Below, in pieces: positions 40,470-52,959 of a stretch of 64,000 nucleotides of DNA. This stretch comes from Eledone cirrhosa (Eukaryota): the NCBI GenBank assembly GCA_964016885.1, contig OZ024741.1:231694001-231758000 (forward strand), read 5' to 3'. The notes below the pieces were generated by a model, which saw nothing but the letters and a program-made list of their open reading frames with translations, was not told where the DNA came from and searched no databases. Position numbers and translations under genes: made by a program. The first letter of the stretch is position 1. Every line of letters begins with the position of its first letter.

Positions 40470-41366
40470 CAGGCCCACATATATATATGCACGTATTAGT
40501 TTATCGAACATTTATTATAATGTTCGCTTTGTTCGTTTGTAAATAAACGAAAAGCCTGATTTACGCCGTACAGTGTTTAGGCAACCATGTCACCTTTTTG
40601 TTCAACACTGACACAGGAACGATGAACTAGTTTCAAGCTTGTCAGCTATCGTCAGCACCGTATACCTTTATGCCAGAAGGTTGAAAGTCCGAAAGTATAT
40701 ACTTTCCTTATGAAAATTAACGGCTGAGCAGCCTAATTTGCATATCGAGTGGGTTCAGTCGGCCAGGCGCACCGAAAACGATAAATGGAATAGAATGAAA
40801 CGAAATTTCATTTCTCACTCTTAGTACGGCACTTACTTAAATGTAAGTATGTATGTATACGTACATACATATATGTATACAGACGTACAGTAGCATGTAT
40901 ATATATATATCTCTCTCTCTATATATATATATATATACATACAGGCACACATATATATATGCACGTATCAGTTTACCGAACATTTATCATAATGTTCGCT
41001 TTGTTAGTTTGTAAATAAACGAAAAGCCTGATTTACGCCGTACAGTGTTTAGGCAACCATGTCACCTTTTTGTTCAACACTGACACAGGAACGATGAACT
41101 AGTTTCAAGCTTGTCAGCTATCGTCAGCACCGTATACCTTTATGCCAGAAGGTTGAAAGTCCGAAAGTATATACTTTCCTTATGAAAATCAACGGCTGAG
41201 CAGCCTAATTTGCATATCGAGTGAGTTCAGTCGGCCAGGCACACCGAAAACGATAAATGGCATAGAATGAAACGAAATTTCATTCTTCACTCTTAGTACG
41301 GCACTTACTTAAATGTAAGTATGTATGTATACGTACATACATATACGTATACAAACGTACAGTAGC

Positions 41367-41433
<67 letters not shown>

Positions 41434-41858
41434 CAGGCCCACATATATATATGCACGTATCAGTTTATCGAACATTTATTATAATGTTCGCTTTGTTCGT
41501 TTGTAAATAAACGAAAAGCCTGATTTACGCCGTACAGTGTTTAGGCAACCACGTCACCTTTTTGTTCAACACTGACACAGGAACGATGTACTAGTTTCAA
41601 GCTTGTTAGCTATCGTCAGCACCGTATACCTTTCTGCCAGATGGTTGAACGTCCGAAAGTATATACTTTCTTTATGAAAATTAACGGCTGAGCAGCCTAA
41701 TTTGCATATCGAGTGTGTTCAGTCGGCCAGGCGCACCGAAAACGATAAATGGAATAGAATGAAACGAAATTTCATTTTTCACTCTTAGTACGGCACTTAC
41801 TTAAATGTAAGTATGTATGTATACGTACATACATATATGTATACAGACGTACAGTAGC

Positions 41859-41915
<57 letters not shown>

Positions 41916-42240
41916 CAGGCACACATATATATATGCACGTATCAGTTTACCGAACATTTATTATAATGTTCTCTTTGTTCGTTTGTAAACAAACGAACAG
42001 CCTGATTTACGCCGTACAGTGTTTAGGCAACCACGTCACCTTTTTTTTCAACACTGACACAGGAACGATGTACTAGTTTCAAGCTTGTTAGCTATCGTCA
42101 GCACCGTATACCTTTCTGCCAGATGGTTGAACGTCCGAAAGTATATACTTTCCTTATGTATATTAACGGCTGAGCAGCCTAATTTGCATATCGAGTGAGT
42201 TAATCGGCCGGGGTACCGAAAACGATAAACGAAAACAAAA
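39860..42240 (-). repeat. Five tandem ~490-bp units, each with one hammerhead ribozyme; non-LTR retrozyme-like array
   Basis: HHRs at 40122, 40620, 41092, 41584 and 42066 (spacing 498/472/492/482, varying mainly with an internal (TA)n); further ~1.4 units at 45210-45890. Confidence 0.9.
40122..40162 (-). ncRNA. Minimal type-I hammerhead ribozyme (copies at 40620-40660, 41092-41132, 41584-41624, 42066-42106, 45484-45524)
   Basis: CGGTG-CTGACGA-T AGCT aata AGCT T-GAA ACTAGT-A|CATCG. Confidence 0.85.
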
Positions 42241-42259
42241 TATATATATATATATATAT

Positions 42260-43655
42260 ATTGTTATACTTGGGTAGGGTCTTATTATTGTAATAATATT
42301 GCCAGTAATAATAACAGAACCACCTCACTTTTTGGTTGGTTTACGCTTCTGCATCTGTTATATCTCCATATATAGTTAATTCATTTGGCCATCGATTTTT
42401 ATCATGAACTGAACAACGCTAAAAAATACAGATATACATATATGTATAGTCTAACACATTTCTTTCGTTGCATATCTGCAACATCACCAGAGGTACTATT
42501 ATCATGGTTCCCCTACAGTATTGTATGTATTGTAATGTCTACGATATTTTTATTTTATCTGTTTACTTATTTATTTAATTTTGTCTTCTGAGCGCATTCG
42601 TTTGCGTGTGTGTATAGTGTTTGGTGTGAGTGTTCGCAGTTGTGTGTATGTGTTTTGGTTATTGTATTATATGTTAGTTTATTAGTGTGTGTTTATATGT
42701 GTTTGTTGTTATTGTGATTGTGTATATATTTATTTATTTATATTTCTCTTAAGTCAGTATTGTTTGTTTGGGTGTTGTTATTCTATTCATTTTTGCTCTT
42801 TAGCTTTGGCTTTGTAATCTCTATTTCGCTTGCTTCGCTGATTTGCCTACCTGTTGGGTCATTTCTATGTTTAGATATTATTTTAATTTCTATGTTGTCT
42901 ATATTACCTTCATGTTGTTCGCTGGCCCGTTCGTATAGTACCTAACCGTATTTTTTCCTTTTAATTCCCCCCCCCCCCAGTATTGATATATTATTTCTCC
43001 TATGCTTCGAGCTGTCTAACCTATATATATATTGTTGTCATGTTTCTGCAAGTACCCTCTGTACATCTTATGCTATACACTACATTTCTAGTTTTACAGT
43101 TTATCTGGGGGTTTACTTTACATATAACACATTTCTTATTAGTAGAGTGAGTTTTCTTAAAAGTGTATATTTTGCTAATCAGGGATTTTATGGTAGTTCC
43201 TGGCTCTTCTACCACTTTGATCTTTAAGTGGGTATTTCTTAGTGCCTTTCTACATTGGTTAGCTAATTTTCCCCCCGGGGTAGCATCCTCGATCAGGACA
43301 CTCTAGTATCTCTGGTTGTCGTACCATAAGGTGGCTTTTCCTATCTCATATTTAATTCTATATAAGCTATTCCATGAGTTGCTCCTACATAATGGTCAAA
43401 TTCCTTTCATGACTAGTTCTATGAGAGTCTTATACTTCTCCGTGGCATCTTTGTATACTTTGATTCTGTCTCTTTGGTTGTCGCCACAGAACTGCATGCG
43501 TTTGATGAAATGTTTGATGTGTCTTTCCATTTCTGTTGGGTCGCACATGCGGGATATGTTCATCATCACTCGTCCCAAGTCTGCGATCAGAATATCAAAC
43601 TTAGCACTACTGGACATTGCTGAGTTTTTGAGTATCAGGTATTTGGAGTATCGTG
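42260..43655 (-). mobile_element. Degenerate PLE of a different lineage: RT thumb, linker, GIY-YIG and pseudo-LTR
   Basis: MSSSAKFDILIADLGRVMMNIS, TPGGKLANQC..KVVEEPGTTIKS, CVICKVNPQINCKTRNVVYSIRC..C..YI. Confidence 0.8.
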
Positions 43656-43659
43656 TACC

Positions 43660-43704
<45 letters not shown>

Positions 43705-43712
<8 letters not shown>

Positions 43713-45140
43713 ATACTTGGGGAGGGTCATATTTGTGTAATATTGCCAGAATTAATAACAGAACACACTCACTGTTTGGTTGGTTTTCGCTTCTCGCTTC
43801 TGTGTCTTTTATATCGGTAATCTAATTTATTCGGTCCTTAATGTTGCCATTGACTGACCAACGATCAAAAATAATACAGATACAATATAGACACAAACAC
43901 ATATATATAGTTTATCAAAGTTCTTTCATTGCACACTGCAACATCGTCAGTGGTGCTATTGTTTCCTCCAGTTGCATTGTATTTTCTACGACATCTATAT
44001 TTAGTCTGTTTATATATTTCTTTATTTGTTTATTTTATTTTGTCTTCTTTGTGCATGCGTTTGCGTGTGTGTATAGTGTTTTGTTTGATGTGTTTTCGTG
44101 ATTGGGTGACAGTGTATTGGTTAATGTATTCTATCTTTACTAGTGTGTGTTTATATGTATTTCTTGTTATTGTGCTTGTGTATGTATTTATTTCTGAATT
44201 TATTTATTTATTTATTTATACTTCTCTTAGGTCAGTGTTGTTTGTTTGGGTGGTGCTGTTATTCCATTCATTCTTTCTGTTTAGCCTTGGCCTTCTATGT
44301 TTAGATATTATTCTAATTTCTGTGTTGTCTATGTTACCGTCGTGCTGTTGTCTGGCATGTTCGTATAGTACTGAACCGTTTTTTCGTCCTTTTAGTTCCC
44401 CCCAGTGTTGGTCTATCCTTTCACCTATGCTACGAGCTGTCTCCCTTTGTATGTTGTTGTCATGTTTATGCAAGTACGCTCTGTATATATTATGCTATAG
44501 ACTACGTTTCTAGTTTTACAGTTTATCCGGGGGTTTCCCTTACATATGATAAATTTCCTATTAGTACAGTGGGTTTTCTTAAAAGGGTAGGTTTTGCTGA
44601 TCAGGGATTTTATGGTGGTTCATGGCTTTTCTACCACCTTAATCTTAAAGTGGGTCTTTCCCAGGGCCTTTCTACACTGGTTAGCTAATTTCCCTCCAGG
44701 GGTAGCGCCTACAAACATGACACTCTGGCATGCACAAAGAAGACAAAATAAAATAAACAAATAAATAAATATATAAACAGACTAAATAAAGATGGCGTAA
44801 AAAATACAATGCAACGGGAGGAAACAAAAGCACCACTGACGATGTTGCAGATGTGCAACGAAAGAACTTTGATAAACTATATATCTGTGTCCGTGTCTAT
44901 ATTGTATCTGTATTATTTGTGACCGTTGGTCAGTCAATGGCAACATTGGGGACCGAATAAATTAGATTACCGATATAAAAGACACAGAAGCGAAAAGCGA
45001 AAACCAACCAAACAGTGAGTGTGTTCTGTTATTAATTCTGGCAATATTACACAAATATGACCCTCCCCAAGTATAACAATATTTGTTTCGACAAACGATT
45101 TCATATCAAAAACCTCGCAAAACTAATTCATCGCCGTTAT
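43705..45140 (-). mobile_element. Second copy of the same PLE lineage (43705-44730) with an inverted pseudo-LTR at its 5' side (44737-45081)
   Basis: ETARSIGERIDQHW..SVLYEHARQQH..PRLNRKNEW; 43706-44050 is the reverse complement of 44737-45081. Confidence 0.8.
44831..44874 (+). ncRNA. Hammerhead motif with an extra U after the core (copies at ~43912-43955 and ~42455-42497, minus strand)
   Basis: cacca-CTGACGA-T-GTTGCA gatg TGCAAC-GAA A gaac T-T|tgata; stem I has mismatches. Confidence 0.55.
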
Positions 45141-45147
45141 ATATATA

Positions 45148-45214
<67 letters not shown>

Positions 45215-46770
45215 GGAAGAAATGAGACGAAATTTCACTTCTCACACTTAGTACGAGTGTTACTTAAATATAAGTATGTATACGTACATACATAGATGTA
45301 TACAGACATACAGTAGGATGTATATATATACATACATGCACACATATATATATATATATATACGTATGAATTTACCGAACATTTATTATAATGCTCGGTT
45401 TGTTTGTAAACAAACATCCCGAATTAAGCCGTACAGTGTTTAGTAACAATCGTTGCCCTTTTTGTTCAACATTGACAAAGGAACGATGTACTAGTTTCAA
45501 GCTTATTAGCTATCGTCAGCACCGTATGCCTTCCTGCCAGATGATTGAACGTCTGAAAGTATATTCCTTCCTTATGCATATTAACGGCTGAGCAACCTAA
45601 TTTGCATATCGAGTAAGTTAATCGGCCGGGATACCGAAAACGATAAACTGAAAAAATGAAACGAAATTTCATGTCTCACTCTTAGTGCGCCTGTTACTTA
45701 AACATAAGTATGTATACGTACATACATATATGTATACATACGTACAGTAGTATGTATATATATATATATATACATACATGCACACATATATATCTGTACG
45801 TATGGATTTACCGAACATTTATTATAATGCTCGGTTTGTTTGTAAACAAACAACCCGAATTAAGCCGTACAGTGTTTAGCAACCATCGTATAAATACTAG
45901 CTGAGCTACCCGGTGATACCCGGCTATTTTATGAAAGTTACAATATATTTGGCACACATTACAAAATATTTGACCATTCAAATATGATTGCTGAATTTTA
46001 ACCAAATTAAGAATTATAGCAGAATATTTGTTGCCGTTTGGTCAAAGTAAATCATCTAGATAAAAATATTTTTTTCTAATGGTGATTTTTTAAATACAGT
46101 GGTAATTTTTTTAATTTATTCATAGATTAATCATTAGGTATGTTGTCAGTGAAAAAGGCATGACCAAATAAATACATTTAGATTTTTTTGTTTTATTTAT
46201 CCTTTTCTCTCTTTCTTTTTTTTTTTTGTTGAATCTGAACCTCTGAAATTCAAACATGTAAAGACTATTTTAAAAACCAAAAATAAAATAAGAAAATAAA
46301 TTTAGCATTGGTTTATAATTGAATTGAGCATTTACTTACTCATTTCTGTAATTCTGGGAAAGTGTATTTAAATTTGTACCAATCTTTGCCTCTATGGCAG
46401 TAGGATCTTGTTTGAGGGAGATTTGTTTTCTATTTCTATTAGCTATACCAACAGTTATAGTGGCTCACATGACATACATAGATACATACACACACATATA
46501 TGTGTGTAAGGCAGTTGTTTGCGATTTGAAATATATTTTGCTAATATTTCTAGTAGATCGAGTTATCACATAGAACCATTCCTTTTTGCTTCATACATAT
46601 ATACATACCTGAGAAAGTAAGGTGGGATTTGAAGGAAATTTGGCTGCTATTTCTACCCAACAAAGTCCTCACTTATACTACTTTATATAGCAGAGGTACT
46701 CGGGAATGCCTGCATATTCTTCCAAAGTAACATCATGCAGTAAATTTGCGGCTTCAGAATTCCTTGCAAA

Positions 46771-49700
46771 CTACATGACTAAGGAATTAGGATCTGTGTG
46801 TATTGTCATTGAATGAGGAATTACGACATGGCTCATTCCAAAGACTCTGGATATAAAACATTTTTGGTTTACCTTGAGTGCCACAATCAAGAGACAACCA
46901 GGGTTCCCAACACTTGTTGTGCCAACATAGAGTTGACCATGTGAAAAGACAGGATCTGCCAGATGCAACCCAACGACATTCAATGATTGTCCTTGAGAGT
47001 TATTAATGGTCATGGCAAAATTGAGCCTGATCGGAAATTGAAGTCTTTGAAATACAAATGACAAATCAGTTGGCTTCAGAGGTATTCTGAGAATGAAACA
47101 ATTGTCACCAGCAAATTTTCCTAACATGATTGCATATTCCAGAATATTGGACATCATATTTTTGATGATGTGTCTTGTGCCATTACAAAGTTTTGGAGGA
47201 TCCAGATTGCGAAGTAGCATAACCGATGCCCCAAGCTTCAGTATCAGGTTGTGTGGAGGAATTCCCGCTCGTTCAAGACTGTTCAAATATTCAGTTGGAT
47301 AGTTTACAACCTGGACTTGAGAAGTCATTGTGTCAACTGATTTGTAGCATATTTTCTCTCCCGGCAGCGTTCTATTGATTTCTATCACAGCAACATTTTT
47401 AGGTGCTAATATTGCTGGTTCTCAGCTGAACATTTGTAGGTGCTAAGATTGCTCGTTCAATTTCGGATAACATTGCCTGGTCTGAATGTTTGGAAACACT
47501 CTGGCAATCACTTCTTGTCCTGTGTCAATGGTATGGCCAAATGACAACTGAATATGGTCATTGGAGTCCTTTTCAAAAAGTCCAATTCCCAATTTAAGTA
47601 GTTGGATGGCAAACTCACTGTCACCTTCGTCACCAGTTAAGTGCACTCGCATGTTGGTTGTAAGGCTCAGAAGTTGAAAGTGGGGCTAGAGACAGGATGT
47701 TTTCAGATAAGCATTGACCTGATCAGCTCGAGTCCCTCGAAGAATTACATGCAGAGTTTGTCTGAAATGACCAGCAAGAACCATTGTCACTCCTCCCATT
47801 ATGTAACTATTTTCTTTCAGATCCCTTATCGTCCGGTCTAAAGTTTCAATTGCTCCTTTATGGCTCATAGTAGCTTCCTCCCAAATTATCATCTTGCATG
47901 TTTGCAGAAGCTTGCCCTTGGATGAGTACTTCTTGATGTTGCAAAAAGATTGTTCATGCCGTGTGAGCTCAATGGGCAGCTTAAACATGGAGTGTGCAGA
48001 TCTTCCCCCATCCAGAAGTGTTGCTGCAATGCTACTTGAAGCCACAGCAATGGCACTATGTTGCTTTTGGCGAACGTTTGCAAGCAGGACGTTTATGAGG
48101 AATGTCTTGCCTGTGCCAGCAGGAGCATCGATGAAGAAAAGTCCTCCTCTGTAATTTTGAATGTTTTCGCTGATGTTGTGGTAGGCGTATTTCTGGACAT
48201 CTATTCTTATCGAGGTTCAATTTCATCCACAAACTTACGCAATACTTTAATATCGTAGTTTGTATCCTGAAAAATGTCTTGTGCTACCCCCATTTCTTTG
48301 TCTGTCTCTGGCATCCCGCAGTGAGTTAATGTGCTATTCATTGCCTGAACTCGATGGGACAGGTCACAGAGGGCTTGATTGTTATTCCTGGGGGTATATT
48401 CCATATACATATTGCCATGATGTCTACGGGCTAGGTGTAGATAGTCGTCTGACATATTGCTTTTGTTCTCCTCCCAGAGTAGATGAGCTTCATCAATTAC
48501 ACATGCTGTGAGCATAATTGCAAATAATTGTCTTATTTGACTGGCTGCTTTAGTGATTTCTTCTTCTAGGCACTTCTTCCAGTGTCCATTGTCATGCAGG
48601 AGTCCATGCTATTTACATGTTTCTTGGTATGTTGCGCACACCTTTCCTCTGAAGCACCTAAGTTCCTCAAATGACGTTGGTTCTCGAACAGGATGCAGAA
48701 GTAGCCGTAAATAAAAACATATCTGTTGTTGGGATGGACATTGTAAACACGCCCAATAGCATCACTTGACTTGACTTCATGACCTTCCACTAAATGATCC
48801 TGCTTTCTTCGATACCAGGTTTTGCAATTGGTCCAGGTGTAGTTTGTTGGGACTTCAGCATATAGGAGGGATCGAGCAAATTCATCAATCTGGCAGAGTT
48901 TAAAGAAAGCAGTTAGTGTAGTGTCATGAGATGCCTGTGCCAACTGATGAGCAGTGATCTCAGTAATGTACACTCTCTGTCCATTTTCCAGATGGACTGA
49001 GAGTTTGACCAATGTTGGGTGGCATTGGTGGATATAAAATCCAAAGATTCGCCAGTTAGCTTCATTGCTGGAGATGTATCGACCTCTTTGATACCGTTTG
49101 ACCTCATCCAGCCCACCATCATTGAGTTTTTGTCAGTAATAAAGGTAGCCATGTCACTGCTTTTGTTGATATATTTTGTGACATATAGGATCGCCTTGAC
49201 GGAGCTGCAATACTCAACATATGATATGAGCTTTTAAAAGTTTACACAAAAATGTGTTGTGATCGACGACACACTGATTGTTTATGGTCAGCTCCGCTCT
49301 TCGAACTGTTAGGCTTGCAGTATTGCCTCCATGTTCTAGTCTAGGCCTACGATAAAGGCGGGTATCCATTATTGTCAGTCCGAGTTTCCCGAATAAAAAC
49401 TCTAGGATAATGTTTGCTGAATTTTTTATATTTCATGCAGGGAGAGGCTGGATTGATGACTTCGCATGGACCATGAATGAGTTTGGACTTGATGGTATCA
49501 AAGAGCTCTGGCTCACCACCTTTATCAGACAACTCTACTGAAATGATCTTATCAATATCATCTGGTCTTATCACCAGATTAATGTGTCAGAGTGAGGAAG
49601 ACCTCTCGTCTGCCACTCAATAGTGGTCATCCAAGCACTAAGCGCACCAAAAATTCTTCCTTCTTTTAGGAGCCAGATGAGTTGTTTTTTTGCTTTTCAT

Positions 49701-51260
49701 GAGAAACCCGAGCAATGAGGTCATGGCAATCCTTTGGTTTTTGATTTTGAAATAATTCAATTGATATTTCTGACCAGTTTGAATTGAATGTAAATGTAAT
49801 GAAGAGATCTGGCCGACCAAAGTTTCTGACATAGGCCATTGCATCTTGCTACGTTCATGCATGTAACGTGGTCCTCCCGTGAAGCTTGATGGTAGTATGA
49901 CTGGCTGTCCAATATTTCTTGTATCAACATCAGAATTGATGGCATCTCTAAGGTGGATATAGTTATCTGCCCTCAACTTAGTTTGATTCCTTCGCAGAAA
50001 ACCCAATCTTTCTGTTTCAATTTTGGCACAGATGTCCACCATGTACTGGTTGGTTACTTCTTTGAATCGCAGAACTTGGTTGAAGTGATCACGTACCATG
50101 AAATGATAAGCATAGAATTCTTTGCAGCTGATTGAACGGCCAGTTTCTTGTCCTTTTCCTGGCCTGATCTGCCGTAGCTGAAAATGATATCCATCTTGAC
50201 CATTCCAAAAGATGAGCGGATATTGGAGTGAATCATAGGCTCTATGAGTTTCACAAATGGGCTCCAAATATCCTATTCGTTTTTGAAAAACAATGTCACG
50301 CCGTTCATGCTGTTCATCAACCATTTTGATTGCAACTTCATCAGTGAAAGGTGCATTGAATCTGCATTAATATTCTGAAGCTGGGCGTTTGTCTGCCCTA
50401 ATGAGGATTTTACGATCTCTGGTGTTGCTCATATGTTCCTGTGCATATTTAAATACACTGACATACATGTGATGTTGGTGAAGCATTTCTTGTAACTATG
50501 ACTGTGTAGAACTGCAATCCACCATGGGCATAGGTACATCATTGCTGTGCCTGTATTTCATATCCACCCATGAAGTAAACCTGCACAAATTTGTGAGGCT
50601 CCTGTAAAAGTAGTAGAAGGCCACCCATTAAGTGGTAACACTGTCCCTGAATTTTATAAGTTGTACAGAATCTAAAGTCAGTCACATTCCTGTCAGCCCC
50701 AAAAGATGTCATTTGAAAGGCAGAATTATATTTTATGATGTATTTATTGAAGTGTCGTGCTTCTGGTGTATGCTGAAGGAGCGGATTCTTCAGAAATTCA
50801 GGAGGTTCTTTTATTGTTTTAAGGCTCACTTTGTCTTTTGAGTAGCATAGACTTTGTGTGTCTGTTGCCCACTTCTTGGCACCACAATACTGGCAGCATT
50901 TGTTCATTTTCCCAATGTTGATTTGTGGATTACTGCTGTAGTCCTTTTGGGGGTCATAAGAAAAAGCACCTATCAGTCAGTTCATTTTACTTGTGGTTTG
51001 TTCTCCTGCTCGGGCAGTAGAACGATGTGCTTGATTAGCATTTCGTCTGATTTGCTGCTGTTCCTTAATTAGTTGTTCTCGTGTAGCAGCAGTCCTTTGT
51101 TCCCTTTTATCCAAACGGTGTGCTTGTGCTAAAGCTGTTTGGGGTCTGTTAGCAGCTTGACGAGCATGCCGAACTTCTTCACTTTCTTCAGATCGCTGTG
51201 TTTTCTTTCTCTTAGCCTCTGAAGATGACCTTCCATATAATGATCTTGAACGTTTTCTAG
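46771..51260 (-). pseudogene. Helitron Rep/PIF1-helicase (RepHel) pseudogene with many frameshifts and stops
   Basis: CQYCGAKKW, YNSAFQMTSFG, YDSLQYPLIFWNGQDG, LPSSFTGGPRYM, EWQTRGLPH, IHGPC, LSVHLENGQ, DAPAGTGKTFL, ASSSIAATLLDGGRSAHSMFKLP, LRNLDPPKLCNGTR, QFPIRLNFAMTINNSQGQSL, FSHGQLYV. Confidence 0.93.
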
Positions 51261-51290
51261 TCACTTGAAGTGATATTATTACACACCACA

Positions 51291-51360
51291 TGATAAAATT
51301 AAGTACCAGTAATGCACTGGAATAATTGGTGGCCTTGTGCCAAAAGTAGAAACAATTATT
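51291..51360 (+). mobile_element. SINE 3' fragment inserted in the Helitron
   Basis: GATAAAATTAAGTACCAGTAATGCACTGG..GGCCTTGTGCCAAAAGTAGAAACAATTATT is the reverse complement of the SINE copies at 63130-64000. Confidence 0.75.
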
Positions 51361-52113
51361 GCACACCACATTCTTTCCGAAATAGAAACAACTATAGAAT
51401 GTATTGTTCACTCTGTAAAGTTGTGTTAAATTATCTCTTTATATGAATGTATATTAGGTGTAATTAATTTTAGACATATGTAGAAAATATTGGGATTTCA
51501 GATTGTATTCTGAGATTATCATCCCCCCCCCCCCTCCTCCCAAAAAAACGACAAACACTACAAAAACAATATATATATATATTTTCTGTGTTAATTCAAA
51601 TAACAGCGGAAAATAATATATTCAAATAATATGTTTTAAAAATACGGTTTTCTTTTTGTCTGTTAAATACAGACATATATACAACTTCTATAAACGCGTT
51701 TGTGATTTCTTTAGGCATATGTAGAAAATAAGCTTTGATGGTAACATATATCATCTGCTAAAGAACCCCCCACCCCCATAACACACACATATGTCTGTGT
51801 AAATATGTATATAAACGCGGACACACGTTAGGTAAAGAATCCCTCCAATCACCCTCCCTCTCTCCTGCCCCGTTACTTTTTTTTCTCTCTCCCATCTTTT
51901 ATCTTTTCTTATTGTCTTACTCTCCCCATCCGCCTCACTCCTTTTCTCTTTCTCATCTCCTCTCTTTCTTTCTCTCTCTCATCCTCTACAGAATAACGAA
52001 AATAAATAAATAAAAGATAAATAACATTGGATGAGTTAAGAAGTGTGTAAAAATAATAAATAAATAAAAGTTAATGAACGCTGGCTTCTTTCCCTCTCTA
52101 TCTCCCATCCCAT

Positions 52114-52114
<1 letters not shown>

Positions 52115-52206
<92 letters not shown>

Positions 52207-52735
52207 CTCTCTCTCACATCCCCCTCTCTTCTACAGAATAGAGAACAAAAAAATAAAGAAATGATAAATAACGTTAAGGAAGCGGGAGATTTAAAAAGTG
52301 TGTAAAAATTATAAATAAATAAAAGTTACAACGCCGGAAAATTTCCCTCTCTCTCTTTCATCGTATTTCTCTCTCTCATCCCTTACTCTCTTTATTTCTC
52401 TCTTACATGCCCTTATTCTCTCTCTCTCCCATCTGCCACTCTCCCTCTTTCTCTCTAAATCCATTACTCTCTTTCTTTCTCTCTCCATCCCCTTACTTTC
52501 TCTCCCTCACATCTCCCACTCTCTCTCTCTTTCTCTCTCATCCCTTACACTCTTTCTTTCTCTCTCCATCCCCTTACTTTCTCTCCCTCCCATCTCCCAC
52601 TCTCTCTCACTTTCTCTCTCATCCCTTACACTCTTTCTTTCTTTCTCACATCCCCTTACTCTCTCTCTCCCTTCCACTCACTCTCACTTTCTCTCTCACC
52701 TCTTACTCTCTCCTTCGCTCTTCCATCCCTCTCTC
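52115..52735. repeat. (CT)n and CT-rich low-complexity tract
   Basis: Seen directly. Confidence 0.9.
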
Positions 52736-52959
52736 TGTTATCTACAGACTGGAGAACATAAAAAAACAAAATGAATGATCTCTTTTGATATTCATTGAAT
52801 TTAAATGAATTCGTTGCTTTGCAAAGTAAAACATTTTCGACTGTTACCTGTCTGAGTGTATACTGAATATGTACATGTAATTTTGAGGAGTTTGGTCCGG
52901 TAGTTTGCTAGTTTTAGGCGGAGACACTGAATCGTAAACTTGCATTTATATAGATATAG

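Larger units (their letters stand above)
45897..52954 (-). mobile_element. Helitron, full-length by termini but coding-degenerate
   Basis: 3' end: CCGG..CCGG hairpin then CTAG|T at 45897; likely 5' end A|TCTATATAAA at ~52954; RepHel fragments between. Confidence 0.8.

Noticed and set aside
39860-42240. CRISPR-like or simple satellite reading of the tandem arrays
   Set aside because: Eukaryotic context, whole units are repeated with no unique spacers, and no cas genes
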